From: Sminthopsis crassicaudata
Taxonomy: Eukaryota
Direction of reading: 5' to 3'
DNA length: 64,000 bases
Assembly (NCBI RefSeq): GCF_048593235.1
Contig: NC_133618.1
Location: forward strand, 206,388,221-206,452,220
Of this stretch, positions 61,465-64,000 are shown piece after piece. Position numbers and translations under genes: made by a program. The notes beneath the pieces are model-generated. The model saw nothing but the letters and a program-made list of their open reading frames with translations, searched no databases and was not told where the DNA came from. Position 1 is the stretch's first letter; the number at the start of each line of letters is the position of its first letter.

Positions 61465-63900
61465 CTTTTTAAATATTTTATTTTTTTCCAATTACATGCA
61501 AAACAATTTAAAATATTCATTCCCCCTTATTTATTTATTTAAAACTCAAATACAAAATTAAAAAAAAAGAAAAAAAAACTTTGCCATGTACACAGAAGAA
61601 CATAGGAAAGTATTCAAAATATGAAACAATAAATTTTCATTTTTTTCCAGCCTATATAATAAATTCTATTGTGTTCAGAGCTGTCTATCTTTTCTTTATT
61701 TCCATGTAGGTTTTCTTTTGTTCTCTGTACTTTATTTTTTTCTCCTTTTTCCTCCCCAATTCCTTCAAGAAGGTTACTATTAAGCATGGATATAGTTATA
61801 TATTCATGTGTATATTTATATATACAAATACATATATTAACACACACATATATTCACATGTTTATAATTGCATAGATATATTCATATACATAAATATCTA
61901 TAAATCATATACTTATATTACATCTAATGTAAGAATATATTATGCTTGTTTGTCTTCTGTTTCTCTGAAGGTAGATCTTCCTTCATATATCCATGTTTTC
62001 CCATATTTTTCTAAATTCACCAACTCACCATTCCCTATACCATAGCAATATTCCAACCTTATACTATCTAGTTATTTTAAATACTCTAAAACAATATTGA
62101 TTAATATGGTAATATATAGTGTAGTTTTCCTATTTTTCTCTTATGATTAAATTTATTTTAGCTTTAACTTTCAGACCAGTGATTAATACCCCTGCTTTTT
62201 TTTTTTTTTTTTTTTAATCTGATAAAGTCTACTCCAGATCTTTATTATTGTGGTTTGTGTTTATCTCTTATTTCTTGTTTCTTCTGGCTCCTTTGCTTTA
62301 TTTGGACTTGCTACTTTGCCTTTACATCAATTAACCTACTCTCCCTCCTTCTCTCTCTCTTATCCTTTCCCCCAACTCTTTCCCTCCCCTCTTTAAGCCA
62401 TTCTTGTTAATCCTTATCCCTTTCCCTTTAATCTATAAACTCTTCTTTACCCAGCCTCTAATCCTATTTCCTCATCCTCTTATATTTTTACAAATTGAGA
62501 AGACTTTCCCTTCTAAATATGTATGTTGTTCTCTCCTTAGCTCAGATCTGGTGTGACTAGGGGCTCCTTTTAAAAATCTCTCTTATTGCCTTTCTTCTCC
62601 TTGTCCCTTTACTCTCATTTCCTTCTGAATTTAGAAGACTTTTATACTCTTCTAGATATATATTATTTACTCTTTGACTCATTCCTGATGAGATTTGGGA
62701 TACAGAACTACCAGCCCACCTCCCCTATCTAATTTCTCTGTGTCAATTCTTCCTCTTGAACCTCATTTGTATAAGTCTTTTAACTCAATCACATCATACT
62801 CATCTCTACCTCAACCTTTCTTTCAAACAACCTAATTACTAATGACAATCTTAAACATATAATTTACATGTCCACATATAAACCATAAACAGTACTTGTT
62901 GAGTCCCTTGTAATTAGACTTTGATGTTTATCTTATATTTTTCTTGAATTTTGGATGTCAAATTTTCTATTAAGTTCAGGTTATTTTTGCAACAAAATAC
63001 TGGAAGTCTGGCAATTCATTGAAAGTCTATTATTATTATTATTTTTTCATTCATCATTTTGTTTAACTTTGCTGAGTATATTTTTGGCTACAATCTCATT
63101 TCTTTTGATCTTCAATATATGGTGTTTCAAGATCTGCAGTCTTTTAATGTAGCCCATTGCTAGGTCTTGTGTAGCTCCATTGTATTTGAATTTTTTTTTC
63201 CCTTGGTGCTTGTAATATTTTCTCTGATCTGTGGGTTTAGAAATTTGGCTATGATGTTCCTGTAAATTTTCCTTGTAGGATCTTTTTCACTTGGTGATTG
63301 ATGGATCTTTTCTATTTTTTCTTTCCCCTCTTGTTCTAATATTTAAGGACAATTTTCTTTACTTATTTTTTATATTATTGTATCAATATTCTTTTTTGAT
63401 CTTAGCTTTCAGGTAATTCTATTATTATTATGTTTTCTTTTCTTGATCTGTTTTTCAGATTCATTTTTTAAAAATGAGATGGCTCGTACTTTCTTCTATT
63501 TTTTCATTTTTTATATTTTGTTTCATTATTTCTTAGTCTCATAACTTTCCTGGCTTCTCCTTGTCTAATTCTAGTTTTGAAGGAGTCATTTTCTTCATTA
63601 AGATTCTGGATCTTCTTTTTTTAGTTGGTTGACTTTCTTTTGACAATCTTCTTGTTTTTCCTGGATTTTTGCCATTTTAAAGAAAAACTTTTTTCCTCTT
63701 CATCTCTCTCATTTGAGTTTTAAAGTCATTTTTGAGTTCTTCTATGAATTCTTTTTGGGAAGTGACTATTTGATGTTCTTGTTTGGGTTAGGAGAGGCCT
63801 TTTTGTTTTAGTATCCTCTGCTACAGATAACAACTTTCTATGGTTGAGTTCTTTTTCTTTTGCCTGCTCATTTTTTTTTTTTTTTTAAATAGCAATTGTT
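61465..63900 (-). mobile_element. HAL1 (half-L1)-like element: decayed ORF1 followed directly by a long 3' region
   Basis: ORF1 C-terminal remnant (..PELNRKFDIQ near 62955-62985). No endonuclease or RT-like sequence seen between it and the L1-type 3' end at 61465. Confidence 0.6.
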
Positions 63901-64000
63901 ATTGTAATCACCTCAAATCCTGGAATGTGGAGGACAGTGCTTGTGGCCTCAGGTCCTTCAATTTTCCTCTCTAGCTTTGAAATGAAACAAAGAATTCTGT

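Noticed and set aside
1-64000. CRISPR arrays, rRNA, intact tRNA/snRNA genes, prokaryotic operons
   Set aside because: None seen; the DNA is mammalian and its recurring motifs are SINE/LINE cores, not regularly spaced repeats.

Overview
AT-rich, CpG-depleted vertebrate DNA. The repeat content (WSINE1-, MAR1- and MIR-type SINEs, marsupial-type L1/HAL1 ends, OC1-like hAT MITEs) points to a marsupial, probably a dasyurid (inference). The only recognisable gene is the 5' end of YWHAQ (14-3-3 theta) on the minus strand: non-coding exon 1 (~12066-12180), a ~1 kb intron 1, and exon 2 (10627-11052) carrying codons 1-98, all inside a CpG island (~10.56-13.0 kb). Bases 1-10626 are intron 2; no later exon was found. 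The rest is upstream sequence dominated by old transposons (L2, MIR, L3, MAR1, WSINE1, a 2.6 kb L1, an old L1, a HAL1-like element, a solo ERV LTR, hAT MITEs), microsatellites and a 310-N gap. I found no convincing novel multi-gene system. Best leads: an RFX-CRE-inverted CCAAT (MHC X-X2-Y-like) module upstream of YWHAQ, an inverted LTR pair sharing 72 perfectly identical bp, a Ser88Cys change in 14-3-3 theta, two OC1-like MITEs, and a CpG-retaining candidate enhancer at 17.2-18.0 kb. Repeat family names and comparisons with human sequences are from memory, not database searches; repeat boundaries are approximate.
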